A DNA stretch of 64,000 nucleotides from an uncultured Patescibacteria group bacterium. Its GTDB lineage: Bacteria > Patescibacteriota > Microgenomatia > UBA1400 > PJMF01. A program made the position numbers and the translations under genes. The notes beneath the pieces are model-generated. The model saw only the letters and a list, made by a program, of their open reading frames with translations, was not told the DNA's origin and searched no databases. Positions within the stretch are counted from its first letter, which is position 1. Each line of letters starts with the position of its first letter. Where the stretch lies: positions 8,818-72,817 of the forward strand of contig CAJQIG010000001.1 of assembly GCA_905478415.1 (NCBI GenBank), written 5' to 3'. Shown here in pieces: positions 48,087-56,417 of this stretch.

Positions 48087-48386
48087 TCAGTCCTGATCTA
48101 TGATTCTTGGTACGACGATATAACCTTCATGAGTTTGTGGAGCATTCGCAAGTGCTTCAGTTTGTGAAAGCATGTGATCAGTGTCGACAACATCTTCACG
48201 CAGTACATTTTCAAGGCCCGTGACTTGGTGTGTCAGGGCAGTTTTTGAAGTATCGACTGATTGTAAATTGGCAATGACTTCAAGTGTTTCAGAAAAAGCT
48301 TCAGTTAGTTCTGCAGCTTCAGTTTCAGAAATAGGAATATTTGCTAAATCAGCAACGTGTTTAACTTGTGTAGTTGTGATACTCAT
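48087..48386 (-). CDS. gatC: Asp/Glu-tRNA amidotransferase subunit C
   Basis: V.HVA.LA, VDT, NVLRED, L.NAP..GY..VPRI; ATG 48386 after an AGAAAGG RBS. Confidence 0.95.
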   Translation of the reverse strand: MSITTTQVKHVADLANIPISETEAAELTEAFSETLEVIANLQSVDTSKTALTHQVTGLENVLREDVVDTDHMLSQTEALANAPQTHEGYIVVPRIIDQD

Positions 48387-48402
48387 AAGGTGCCTTTCTG
48401 AC

Positions 48403-48428
48403 AAAAAAACGAGTCCGGGGGACTCGTT
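48403..48428 (-). terminator. Attenuator terminator upstream of gatC
   Basis: AACGAGTCC-CCC-GGACTCGTT-TTTTT on the minus strand, between the leader peptide and gatC. Confidence 0.85.
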
Positions 48429-48459
48429 ACAGCTACAAGCAACCGCCCCAGGATTGGGT

Positions 48460-48504
48460 TTAGTTTTGTTGCTCGTCTTGTTGAAGGTGTAGTTTCATGT
48501 ACAT
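48460..48504 (-). CDS. Putative gatCAB leader peptide MYMKLHLQQDEQQN
   Basis: 14 codons ending CAA CAA GAC GAG CAA CAA AAC TAA; directly after a TTCACA-17-TATTAT promoter (48538-48510). Confidence 0.75.
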   Translation of the reverse strand: MYMKLHLQQDEQQN

Positions 48505-48545
48505 GAGATATAATACCACAGAGATTCCCCATTGTGAATTTGAGA

Positions 48546-49445
48546 TCAAGTCATGCTTTTGAGTGCTGCAATTCTCTCTTCGACAGGAGGATGTGTTTGA
48601 AAGAACTTAGCAAAAGAAACTTTGGTATTTTTAAGTGGATTCGTTATGTAGAGATGAGCGGTGGCTTTATTTGCTGCTTCGAGTGGTTCTCGGTCCTGAG
48701 ATAGTTTTTGGAGAGCGTTGGCGAGGCCTTGAGGATTTTTTGTCATGGCAACTCCAGAAGCATCAGCTAAAAACTCACGTCTTCTCGAAATAGCTAACTG
48801 AATAAGCTGGGCGATAAGTGGTGACAGGATAGCCATGACTAGACCAACAACAAGTAAGATAATTTGTAGCTGCCCTCCTCCACTATCGTTATTTCTATTC
48901 TTTCGACCATACAAGGTTGAACGTAGCATGACGTCAGAAAGTAAGGCCAGTAGTCCAACCAAGACACTGACGATAGACATCAGTCGAATATCATAATTTT
49001 TTATGTGAGAAAGTTCGTGGGCAATGACTCCCTCGAGTTCGGGTCGCTCTAGTCGAGAAAGTATGCCGGTAGTACAACAAATAACAGCATGGGCTGGATC
49101 GCGACCAGTTGCAAAGGCATTCATGGCTGTATCTTCGATCACATAGAGTTTTGGTTTTGGAAGTTGTTGGCTCTGGGCAAGGTTTTCTGCCACGGTGTAA
49201 AAATCAAAGAACTCTTCTCTGTTAGCCTCACGTGCTCCAGAAATAGTGAGTACAAGTTTATCTGACCACCAGTAAGAAGAAAACGACATGACACCTGAAA
49301 AAATAAGTATGAGTCCAACAAAGTCGAGTCCGTACCCAAAACCTTCGGCCATAATCCAACTAGCTGCGCCCACAAAAAGGGTAAAGAATAGAATGACGAA
49401 GAATGATCGGCGCTTATTTTGAGCTACCAACTGGTAGTGTGTCAT
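48546..49445 (-). CDS. htpX: M48 zinc metalloprotease HtpX
   Basis: NAFATG, HELSH, SRRREFLADA, THPP.EERI. Confidence 0.93.
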   Translation of the reverse strand: MTHYQLVAQNKRRSFFVILFFTLFVGAASWIMAEGFGYGLDFVGLILIFSGVMSFSSYWWSDKLVLTISGAREANREEFFDFYTVAENLAQSQQLPKPKLYVIEDTAMNAFATGRDPAHAVICCTTGILSRLERPELEGVIAHELSHIKNYDIRLMSIVSVLVGLLALLSDVMLRSTLYGRKNRNNDSGGGQLQIILLVVGLVMAILSPLIAQLIQLAISRRREFLADASGVAMTKNPQGLANALQKLSQDREPLEAANKATAHLYITNPLKNTKVSFAKFFQTHPPVEERIAALKSMT

Positions 49446-49467
49446 ATGTTTTAGAAGTGACTTTTTA

Positions 49468-50055
49468 TTACAGCTCTACTTTAGGATCTTGGGTTTCACT
49501 GGTAGAAACACTGACGTGTTCTCCGCTCATAGGTGTAGTAATGCCTTTTTCTTCTTTAAATCCAAAGATCATTGCTACTAAGTTTGATGGGAAGACGACT
49601 AGTTTTTGGTTGAAGTTTTGACTCAGGTCAATCACAGTTCGACGGGCATACATCAACTTGTCTGCAGTGTCGGTAAGTTCACTCATGAATTTACTAATTG
49701 TTTGGTCAGATTTAAGTTCGGGATTGTCCTCGACAGCTACCTGAATTTTAGGAACTACTTGGCTGATCTGTGCAATTGCAGAATCAATATCTTTAGCATC
49801 ACCAGATTTTTGAGCGGCTTCAACAGATTTGCGAGCATCAGTCAACATTTTGAAAATAGTTTTCTCTTGTTTGAGATGTCCTTTAACGGCTGCCTGTAGG
49901 TTTGGGATTAAGGAAGCCTGACGTTTAAGTTGGTTCCCAATTTCTTGAATGCTTGCAGTGATTTGAGTTTTAAGAACCTGTAGACCGTTATACACAGAAA
50001 TAACGTACACAGCGATAACAGCTCCAGCGGCAAGTGCAATTCCAATATAGTTCAT
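49468..50055 (-). CDS. lemA: LemA family protein
   Basis: N-terminal TM, YN.L, QLKR..LIPNL, PELKSD, FPSNLVA..FGF; lemA-htpX synteny. Confidence 0.92.
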   Translation of the reverse strand: MNYIGIALAAGAVIAVYVISVYNGLQVLKTQITASIQEIGNQLKRQASLIPNLQAAVKGHLKQEKTIFKMLTDARKSVEAAQKSGDAKDIDSAIAQISQVVPKIQVAVEDNPELKSDQTISKFMSELTDTADKLMYARRTVIDLSQNFNQKLVVFPSNLVAMIFGFKEEKGITTPMSGEHVSVSTSETQDPKVEL

Positions 50056-50206
50056 AGTAGCTCCTTATTTTTTTCAGTACTCCTTCTATTGTACACTATT
50101 GTGGAAAGTCAGGTGCGACTAGCAGTTGGCAATCGAGCACATTTCAAGTATAATTTGGATTCTGTGTTGAGACAAAGTTGTTTTTAACACACTTAACATA
50201 TTTTAT

Positions 50207-50279
50207 GGCCCCGTGGTGTAGTGGTTAACATGTCTCCCTGTCACGGAGAAGATCACCGGTTCGATCCCGGTCGGGGTCG
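50207..50279 (+). tRNA. tRNA-Asp (GTC), CCA not encoded
   Basis: GGCCCCG..CGGGGTC-G, TCTCC-CTGTCAC-GGAGA anticodon arm, GGTTCGATCCC T-arm. Confidence 0.95.
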
Positions 50280-50294
50280 CAAGAAATAAGAAAT

Positions 50295-50318
50295 GAACCC
50301 AACAGGGTTCTTTTTTTT
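50295..50318 (+). terminator. Terminator after tRNA-Asp
   Basis: GAACCC-AACA-GGGTTC-T8. Confidence 0.8.
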
Positions 50319-50351
50319 GTTGGATATTTTGATAATTAAGTCCTATAGTTA

Positions 50352-50380
50352 TTGACTTTGTGATAATTTTGTTATATACT
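50352..50380 (+). promoter_or_regulatory. Sigma70 promoter
   Basis: TTGACT-17-TATACT upstream of the 50477 ORF. Confidence 0.7.
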
Positions 50381-50476
50381 TATTGAGATTTTAGAAACCT
50401 TTTATTATTGTATTGCACACAAAAAGTATTTGAAATCATTTATATTGTTCGTTAATACAAGTTTGCACGGAGGTGC

Positions 50477-50743
50477 ATGATGGCTAACTATGTTCCAGAA
50501 AGAACGTGGGACGCAGCTAATGGAGACCTCGATAACGCAGAGGTTCACCTGAGGCTGTGGTTGAAAGAAGTTGGATATCATGGGAAAGTGGTTTTAGGCA
50601 TGAATCGAGCTGATCGTTTAGATTACTTTGATTTTGACCTAGATAGGCCTTCAGGAGTTTTTTTAGTTATGAAAGATTCCGTAGGTACCATCCACGACAA
50701 TTACAACTGGCTTAAAAAATTTAAGCAACAAAACCCTGAGTAA
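50477..50743 (+). CDS. Hypothetical protein (88 aa)
   Basis: Own promoter, GGAGGTG RBS and downstream hairpin. Confidence 0.75.
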   Translation: MMANYVPERTWDAANGDLDNAEVHLRLWLKEVGYHGKVVLGMNRADRLDYFDFDLDRPSGVFLVMKDSVGTIHDNYNWLKKFKQQNPE

Positions 50744-50764
50744 TCAACTCCATCGGACAAAAAT

Positions 50765-50788
50765 ATGAGCCACCTGCGGGTGGCTCAT
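50765..50788 (+). terminator. Hairpin after the 50477 ORF
   Basis: ATGAGCCACC-TGCG-GGTGGCTCAT. Confidence 0.7.
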
Positions 50789-51108
50789 TCCATATTTAAA
50801 ACTAGTTTGTTCCATAAACAACTAGGAAATAAAATAGTTGTTAGTAGATAGATATCCTACATTCTCAGGTGTAAACCAATTCTCCATCACCTCCACAATC
50901 CTCTCAAGTGAGTTATGCATTAGTTCCACCCAATTTGGCTCTAGTTCGCCAAAGCAAAGAAATGAATTCGAAAGGATTCTTTTTTTTGCTTGATGATTTC
51001 AAAACTGAGTTGTGTCTCACGTTCCGCCAGCAAGAAGTGAGCACCTGCGAACTGCCTGCTTAGTGCATGTGAGCTTCCTAAAGTGGAAATAAATAGGAGC
51101 GAATCGTA

Positions 51109-51128
51109 GATCCCGGTCGGGGTCGCCA
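51109..51128 (+). repeat. Direct repeat of the tRNA-Asp 3' end (att-like)
   Basis: GATCCCGGTCGGGGTCGC identical to 50263-50280, here completed as CCA. Confidence 0.9.
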
Positions 51129-51151
51129 AACAAATGTTTTATATTTATATA

Positions 51152-51676
51152 TCAGCTATTATTATCAACAGTTTCACTTAAAACATTCACCAATTTAGTG
51201 TTATTCCATTGGCTAGTATTGTAGATGATCCCAGGCTTCTTATTAAGAACATGGTTAAAATAATATTTTACTGGTTCAAAAACGTTTTCAAGGTTTTTAG
51301 CTTTATCAATTTCAATCCAATGAGCTTTGCCTTCTTCAACACCAGTATTTAGTTTTGGAGATTCAGTTAGTTCTACTAGAAAAGCAAATGCCACGTACAT
51401 TTCTCCTCGGTCGAGATGGTGATGCATTGCTACAACTTTAAGTTGAATATTTTCTGGTGTAATTGTTACGCCAGTTTCTTCCTTAGTTTCTCGAATTGCA
51501 GCAGCAAGTGGATCTTCTCCTTCGTCAACATGTCCTCCTGGAAGAGACCAAAATCCTGGAAACTTTTTCTTTGTTTCACTTCTTTTGAACATCAACACTT
51601 TGTCTTGATGAAGAATGTAAACTTCAGCCACAAAAATGGGTTGAGCTATTTCATGGAGGCGTTTTGGAGTTTTCAT
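51152..51676 (-). CDS. NUDIX hydrolase
   Basis: LPGGHVDEGEDPLAAAIRETKEETGV. Confidence 0.92.
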   Translation of the reverse strand: MKTPKRLHEIAQPIFVAEVYILHQDKVLMFKRSETKKKFPGFWSLPGGHVDEGEDPLAAAIRETKEETGVTITPENIQLKVVAMHHHLDRGEMYVAFAFLVELTESPKLNTGVEEGKAHWIEIDKAKNLENVFEPVKYYFNHVLNKKPGIIYNTSQWNNTKLVNVLSETVDNNS

Positions 51677-51945
51677 AGTATTTTACTTTAGCATATTGCT
51701 GTGTATGTGCCAACAGTAACCAGTGAAAATACGAAACTAATAGGCAGCGAAAAACGTAAGATACATCTGTATTATAGTCCTATAGCTTTTATTATGATTC
51801 ATTGGTATAATGTATATAAATTTGATACAGAAATACAGTTCATTTACTTGATAAATATTTTTGTATTGAGTTGCTTATTCTTGCTTTTTAATTTTTATAT
51901 ATGTAAATATTTACTTAAGTGTAAATGTTTATAAGGAGCTGTGAT

Positions 51946-52233
51946 ATGAGTAGTTTGCGCCCACAAGCATTGCAGATTAACAATATATTAACTTCAGATC
52001 AACTAATATCACTTATTTCTGATGACATCCCCCTGATTATACTTTTACAGCCCTCAGGGGTTACACATATTTTTTCGAAAGTAGAATGTGACTTTGGAGA
52101 ACTCGTAGAGGCCGTTAGTATTCGGAAAATTGGAAGTGTTGAAGTTTTTGAGTATCGCTTCAAAATTCTTCTAGCATCACCGAATCGTATTTTTCCAATC
52201 ATTCGGCTTGCAGGGTATCAGATTGTAACTTAA
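51946..52233 (+). CDS. Hypothetical protein (~95 aa)
   Basis: TAAGGAG RBS before ATG 51946; strong terminator follows. Confidence 0.55.
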   Translation: MSSLRPQALQINNILTSDQLISLISDDIPLIILLQPSGVTHIFSKVECDFGELVEAVSIRKIGSVEVFEYRFKILLASPNRIFPIIRLAGYQIVT

Positions 52234-52250
52234 AAAATGAGAGCGAGAAA

Positions 52251-52284
52251 AGAGGCACCCGTTAAACGGTGCCTCTCTTTTTTT
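52251..52284 (+). terminator. Intrinsic terminator
   Basis: AGAGGCACC..GGTGCCTCT followed by a T run. Confidence 0.75.
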
Positions 52285-52356
52285 ATTTCAATCTTGAGTT
52301 TTATAAGCTTGTGGTGTGCAACTAATTAGATCTCTAGTAGGGTTTTTATTTAATTC

Positions 52357-52791
52357 TTAAAAATCTAGTACTCCTGTTGACTCCTTATTTTTAAGATAAT
52401 TAATTCCAGCCAGATGTCCTGGTAAAATATTTTGAGGTAAAGCATCTACATTAAACCATTCCCAACCTTCACATTTATCAGGTTCCATCAATTGTAGTGT
52501 GTTGGTCCAATCGGTGCATACAAATAGAAAGTGAACAAAGTCTTGGTCTTCATTCTCTTGCCACTCTTTGATAACGACTAGAGAGCGAGTGTTTTTGGCT
52601 TTCAAGTTAGTTTCTTCTAGTAGCTCTCTGTTAACAGCATTTAAAAGTTTTTCTCCTTTTTTTATTCTTCCGCCAGGTAGTCCATAGTGACCAGCTTTGA
52701 AAGCGTTTTTTCGTTTACCAAGTAAAATTTGGTTGTTAGTGTTTAGAATAATGATGGCTGTTCCAATTGGCTGGTGTTTGATTCTTTGCAT
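52357..52791 (-). CDS. NUDIX hydrolase (NUDT15/MutT-like)
   Basis: ILLGKRK, LPGG..GE...A..RELLEETNL, EPDKCEGWEWF. Confidence 0.9.
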   Translation of the reverse strand: MQRIKHQPIGTAIIILNTNNQILLGKRKNAFKAGHYGLPGGRIKKGEKLLNAVNRELLEETNLKAKNTRSLVVIKEWQENEDQDFVHFLFVCTDWTNTLQLMEPDKCEGWEWFNVDALPQNILPGHLAGINYLKNKESTGVLDF

Positions 52792-52834
52792 ACCACTATA
52801 GTATCACTAGATTGTGTAGGCACTGTTTTAGTAT

Positions 52835-52867
52835 AAAAAAAAGCCAGAACGTGATGTTCTGGCTTTT
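52835..52867 (-). terminator. Intrinsic terminator
   Basis: AAAAGCCAGAAC..GTTCTGGCTTTT with an A8 tract. Confidence 0.75.
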
Positions 52868-52879
52868 GCTATTTTAAAT

Positions 52880-53401
52880 TTATTCTCTGTTTGTTGCCAA
52901 AAGTGGCATTGACAGGTTTGCTGTCAAGTGCCCCAAAATTGCTGGGAATAGGCTGCTATTCCACGCAACAACAAACCAAACAATTCCCAAGAAGAATCTG
53001 TTAATTATAACATCTTCTCCTGGGTGAAGGACTAAAAAGGCAAGCGCTTGTAATAAGCAAACAATTACCAGGATTGTGATAACTTCACTACCTAATGCTC
53101 CCGAATAGAATATCCACAATTTAGCTATGAGTACAGCCAACTGACGGAATACTCCCTCTTCAAGAATACTCAATGGTAGTGACAAACTGAGGCCGGTTTC
53201 TGGAATGACCTGATCACTCAACAATGCCAGTCCGGCGTTAATGATGAGTGATAGAGCGATCGAAACCATGCTCCAAATAACTAGGTTATTTGGGTTAAAA
53301 TAAAAACTAACAAAAAATTGTCCCGGATAGAAATAATAAGTGATAATTGCCACTACTATGTTTATGACAACCCATTTTAAAATAATCGAAATGTTTCTCA
53401 T
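52880..53401 (-). CDS. CPBP/Abi (CAAX protease-like) intramembrane protease
   Basis: EEGVFR, F...H and H...N motifs in a hydrophobic protein; GGAGGGAG RBS. Confidence 0.8.
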   Translation of the reverse strand: MRNISIILKWVVINIVVAIITYYFYPGQFFVSFYFNPNNLVIWSMVSIALSLIINAGLALLSDQVIPETGLSLSLPLSILEEGVFRQLAVLIAKLWIFYSGALGSEVITILVIVCLLQALAFLVLHPGEDVIINRFFLGIVWFVVAWNSSLFPAILGHLTANLSMPLLATNRE

Positions 53402-53483
53402 CTACTCCCTCCAAGTATTAGGAATGATTTTTTTTGAATAAATAGAATTAAATAGCAAATGTGCTTTTTACACACATAAATAT

Positions 53484-53512
53484 ATTATAGGACGTTTTAT
53501 TACCTTTGTCAA
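53484..53512 (-). promoter_or_regulatory. Perfect consensus sigma70 promoter
   Basis: TTGACA-17-TATAAT upstream of the CPBP gene. Confidence 0.8.
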
Positions 53513-53658
53513 GTAACTAGCCAAGAAACCAGAAGTGTAATTGCAACTTTATAATCTGTATAATTCAGTACTAAACATAAAATATCATCTTCTCCAGATT
53601 CACTTTTTACAATTTTTCTTTATACTACTTCTATCTGCTGGAGTTGCAGTTGCCATTA

Positions 53659-53731
53659 GCCGAGATAGCTCAGTTGGTAGAGCGGCGGTATCGTAAACCG
53701 TAGGTCAGGGGTTCGAATCCCCTTCTCGGCT
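53659..53731 (+). tRNA. tRNA-Thr (CGT), CCA not encoded
   Basis: GCCGAGA..TCTCGGC-T, GCGGT-ATCGTAA-ACCGT anticodon arm, GGTTCGAATCC. Confidence 0.92.
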
Positions 53732-53775
53732 CAGCTTCCCCTTTGACAAGTCAAATGATTTGCTATAATGATCTC

Positions 53776-54495
53776 ATGGTACGAACAAAAGCTGTTTCTT
53801 CAAGAAAAGTTAGAAAAGAAAAAAAGAAAGCCTTGCGGCAGTCACTGGCCCTGCTTGGAGTTTCGGCTCTGATCTTATTATCATTTATTTTTGTTATTAT
53901 TCCTGGATTTATTACAGGTTTTAATTCGTTTTTGGATACTTCAAATCCATTTCAACCAAGCGATGTAATACCACCTCAAGTTCCAATCTTGTCAGCACCA
54001 GTTGACGCTACCTTTAGTGCTCAAATTTCTGTAGTGGGTTTTGGTGAACCAGAGAGTACACTCATATTTGTCCTGAATGGTGAGCCCGAGCCTGAATTGA
54101 CAATTGGTGATGATGGTTCTTTCGAACGAGAACTACAGCTGATAGAAGGTGAAAATACTATTGCTGCCTATTCTATCGATGAATCTGGGAACGAATCTGA
54201 AATCAGTAAATCTTTCACTACGGTCTTTGATTCTGAACCTCCCCTGCTCGACGTTTCGGGTATTGAAGATGGTCTTACTGTCGAAACCAAGAAAAATCAA
54301 AATTTTACCGTAAGTGGTAAGACTGATCCTGGAGCAAAAGTGTATATCAATGGAAGAGTATCTTTTCCAACCAGCGAAGGAGATTTCTCACAGAAGTTTC
54401 TTTTAAATGAAGGTGAAAATACTCTGACTATCGAAGCCATTGATAAAGCTGGTAATAAAACCAGTGCTGAGAAGAAAATTACCTATATTCCCTAA
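53776..54495 (+). CDS. Membrane-anchored protein with two bacterial Ig-like domains
   Basis: Basic N-terminus plus TM; two G..EP...ING..GEN.I...A.D.AGN repeats; ATG 6 nt after TGCTATAAT. Confidence 0.8.
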   Translation: MVRTKAVSSRKVRKEKKKALRQSLALLGVSALILLSFIFVIIPGFITGFNSFLDTSNPFQPSDVIPPQVPILSAPVDATFSAQISVVGFGEPESTLIFVLNGEPEPELTIGDDGSFERELQLIEGENTIAAYSIDESGNESEISKSFTTVFDSEPPLLDVSGIEDGLTVETKKNQNFTVSGKTDPGAKVYINGRVSFPTSEGDFSQKFLLNEGENTLTIEAIDKAGNKTSAEKKITYIP

Positions 54496-55690
54496 CTACT
54501 GCTGCAAAGCCGAGGAGGCTGGTCAGTAGCACAAATGGTTGAAAAGCTGTGTTGTTAAAGCAACTTAAGAGTAGCAGTATCCCTATAAAGTAAACGAGTG
54601 TTTTCTCACCTTGGAGTACTAGTACCTGCATTCCTTTTAGAAGTGCATAGATCCAGGCAGCAAGCCCTAAAATACCACTGCTTTCTAAAATGAAAAATAG
54701 CAGTGAGTTATTTACTTTTGCTTGGTTGGGGACTTCCAGAATCCCACTAGTAGAAGTAGTGTTTTGCACTGTCGAATAGAACAAACCTTTTCCAATGATC
54801 CACTCTTTACGGGTGCGTGGGAGATGTTCTTTGACTGATGCAATCCGGGCAGTGATAGTTGCTGTTCTGAGAAGGTTAGTGCCCTCTCCTCCGGTTGAAC
54901 GTGCCATAAATACTACAGTGATAATACCAATGGTAACTAAGCCGCTACCAAGTTTATTTTTAAGTATGGATTGACGAATCTTTTTTGAATGAGCAGTGAG
55001 AGCTAGTGCTGTCAAAGCATATCCTAAGTAGGTAGCCCGAGAAAATGTTAAAAGAATTCCAAGAGAAAAAAGTACAATACATCCTGTTTTTACGAGTGAA
55101 TGTTTGGCCAAGAATGTGGAGTGCCAGGTAACAAAGGCAGAAATGAGTAACAGAGCCCCTAAAAACGCGGGGTCAAGTTGTGTGCCGATCATTCGGTAGT
55201 AGTGGTCATCAAAACCGAGAATAAAAAGGAAGCGAGTATCTGGAATGAGAATAAGTTGTAGAAATCCAAGTACTACGCTGATAAGTCCCAAACTAATAAG
55301 GGCTTGTTCAAAGTCTTTTTTCGTCAGTGAAGTTGTAGTTGCAAGTAGATACACGAAAATACCATAAAAGAGTGTTCTGAGGAGGTATAACAAGGGAAGT
55401 AACGCTGGTTGTTGCAGTTGGGCAAGTAAAAAAGCAGAGCTAAGAATAAGTAGTACAGGAATAAAAAAGTTAAAAGCAAGTATTTTTTTACTGAGATCGG
55501 TAACAGCAGACATTACTTTTTCACGATTTGTTAGGAGTAACGAGATACACCAAAGTGTTATAAAAATATCATGAGGATACAGGCGAATGTCTGGTAATAG
55601 GGTTACTCTTCCGAGTTGTCCCAGTGCCAAGAGGCCTACAAGTATCCAGAGTCCTTTTTTTTGTATTGTTTTATGTAGTAGTTTGTTCAT
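54479..55690 (-). CDS. O-antigen ligase/polymerase (Wzy_C/WaaL-like) family protein
   Basis: ~10 TMs, R..GT..DP.FLG, LTFSRAT, G.G, E.SGILG. Confidence 0.8.
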   Translation of the reverse strand: MNKLLHKTIQKKGLWILVGLLALGQLGRVTLLPDIRLYPHDIFITLWCISLLLTNREKVMSAVTDLSKKILAFNFFIPVLLILSSAFLLAQLQQPALLPLLYLLRTLFYGIFVYLLATTTSLTKKDFEQALISLGLISVVLGFLQLILIPDTRFLFILGFDDHYYRMIGTQLDPAFLGALLLISAFVTWHSTFLAKHSLVKTGCIVLFSLGILLTFSRATYLGYALTALALTAHSKKIRQSILKNKLGSGLVTIGIITVVFMARSTGGEGTNLLRTATITARIASVKEHLPRTRKEWIIGKGLFYSTVQNTTSTSGILEVPNQAKVNNSLLFFILESSGILGLAAWIYALLKGMQVLVLQGEKTLVYFIGILLLLSCFNNTAFQPFVLLTSLLGFAAVVREYR

Positions 55691-56417
55691 AGGTGTATAT
55701 GCGGACTAAGAGTGAATGAAGACTCATCATGCAAGAGTAGACTAAACCTCGGTATCCATCTAAAAAACCAAAGAGAAAGAAAAAGGTATACAAAAACTTT
55801 ATCGGTGGATACAAAATAAGTTCAACTAAAATGCTTGTTGTAAATGGAGTGCGGGTGCGAGCAATTTCTTTTGCATAGATAGTGATATCTCTCATAAACT
55901 GAGTAATCGAAGTGTGAGAGAAATGGTGCACCTTTAAGGAACTGTCTGAAGTCTGACCATCGATGATAGCAACTTCATGAATAGCATGTTCAAAATGAGC
56001 AAAGTCCCGCTTCATTAAGCGGATAATTTTTTGATTTCCAGCTTCTCCGTGATGTAATTGCCTTCCAAGAAAGATGTCGCTTCGAGTGATTGTGTATCCA
56101 GCACTGTTATTTTCAAGTAATGAACGGACTTTTTTAGGATCAAATGGCTGGAGTACTTCGTCGCTATCAAGGAAGAAAACCCAATCTTGTGATGCTGTTT
56201 TAAGTGCCTTATTTCGGATAGCAGCAAAGTTTGTAATTTGGCCAGCTGCTATTTTCTTTACCGTAAAAGAATACTGGGTATGTAGTTGGTCCCAATTATT
56301 TTGACTAGTATTGTCATACACAAGAACTTCGGCACAGTCTTGCACTGATTGAAGAGCTTGTAGGAAGGTGGAGTCAGCTCTATGGGTGAGTATGATTGCG
56401 GTAAGAGGGAGTTTCAT
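55671..56417 (-). CDS. Glycosyltransferase family 2
   Basis: FAAIRN.AL, WVFFLDSDE, IHE, GFLDG..G. Confidence 0.9.
   Translation of the reverse strand: MKLPLTAIILTHRADSTFLQALQSVQDCAEVLVYDNTSQNNWDQLHTQYSFTVKKIAAGQITNFAAIRNKALKTASQDWVFFLDSDEVLQPFDPKKVRSLLENNSAGYTITRSDIFLGRQLHHGEAGNQKIIRLMKRDFAHFEHAIHEVAIIDGQTSDSSLKVHHFSHTSITQFMRDITIYAKEIARTRTPFTTSILVELILYPPIKFLYTFFFLFGFLDGYRGLVYSCMMSLHSLLVRIYTYEQTTT

Noticed and set aside
48387-48538. T-box riboswitch upstream of gatCAB
   Set aside because: The leader is only ~120 nt with no T-box consensus (UGGNACC bulge) or Stem I. A leader-peptide model fits better.
50941-51129. 62-aa minus-strand ORF as a real gene
   Set aside because: It starts within the antisense tRNA repeat and crosses a terminator, with no RBS or recognisable motif.
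53659-53731. tRNA-Thr as an integration site
   Set aside because: No duplicated 3' end or nearby integrase was seen, and downstream genes look like core envelope genes.
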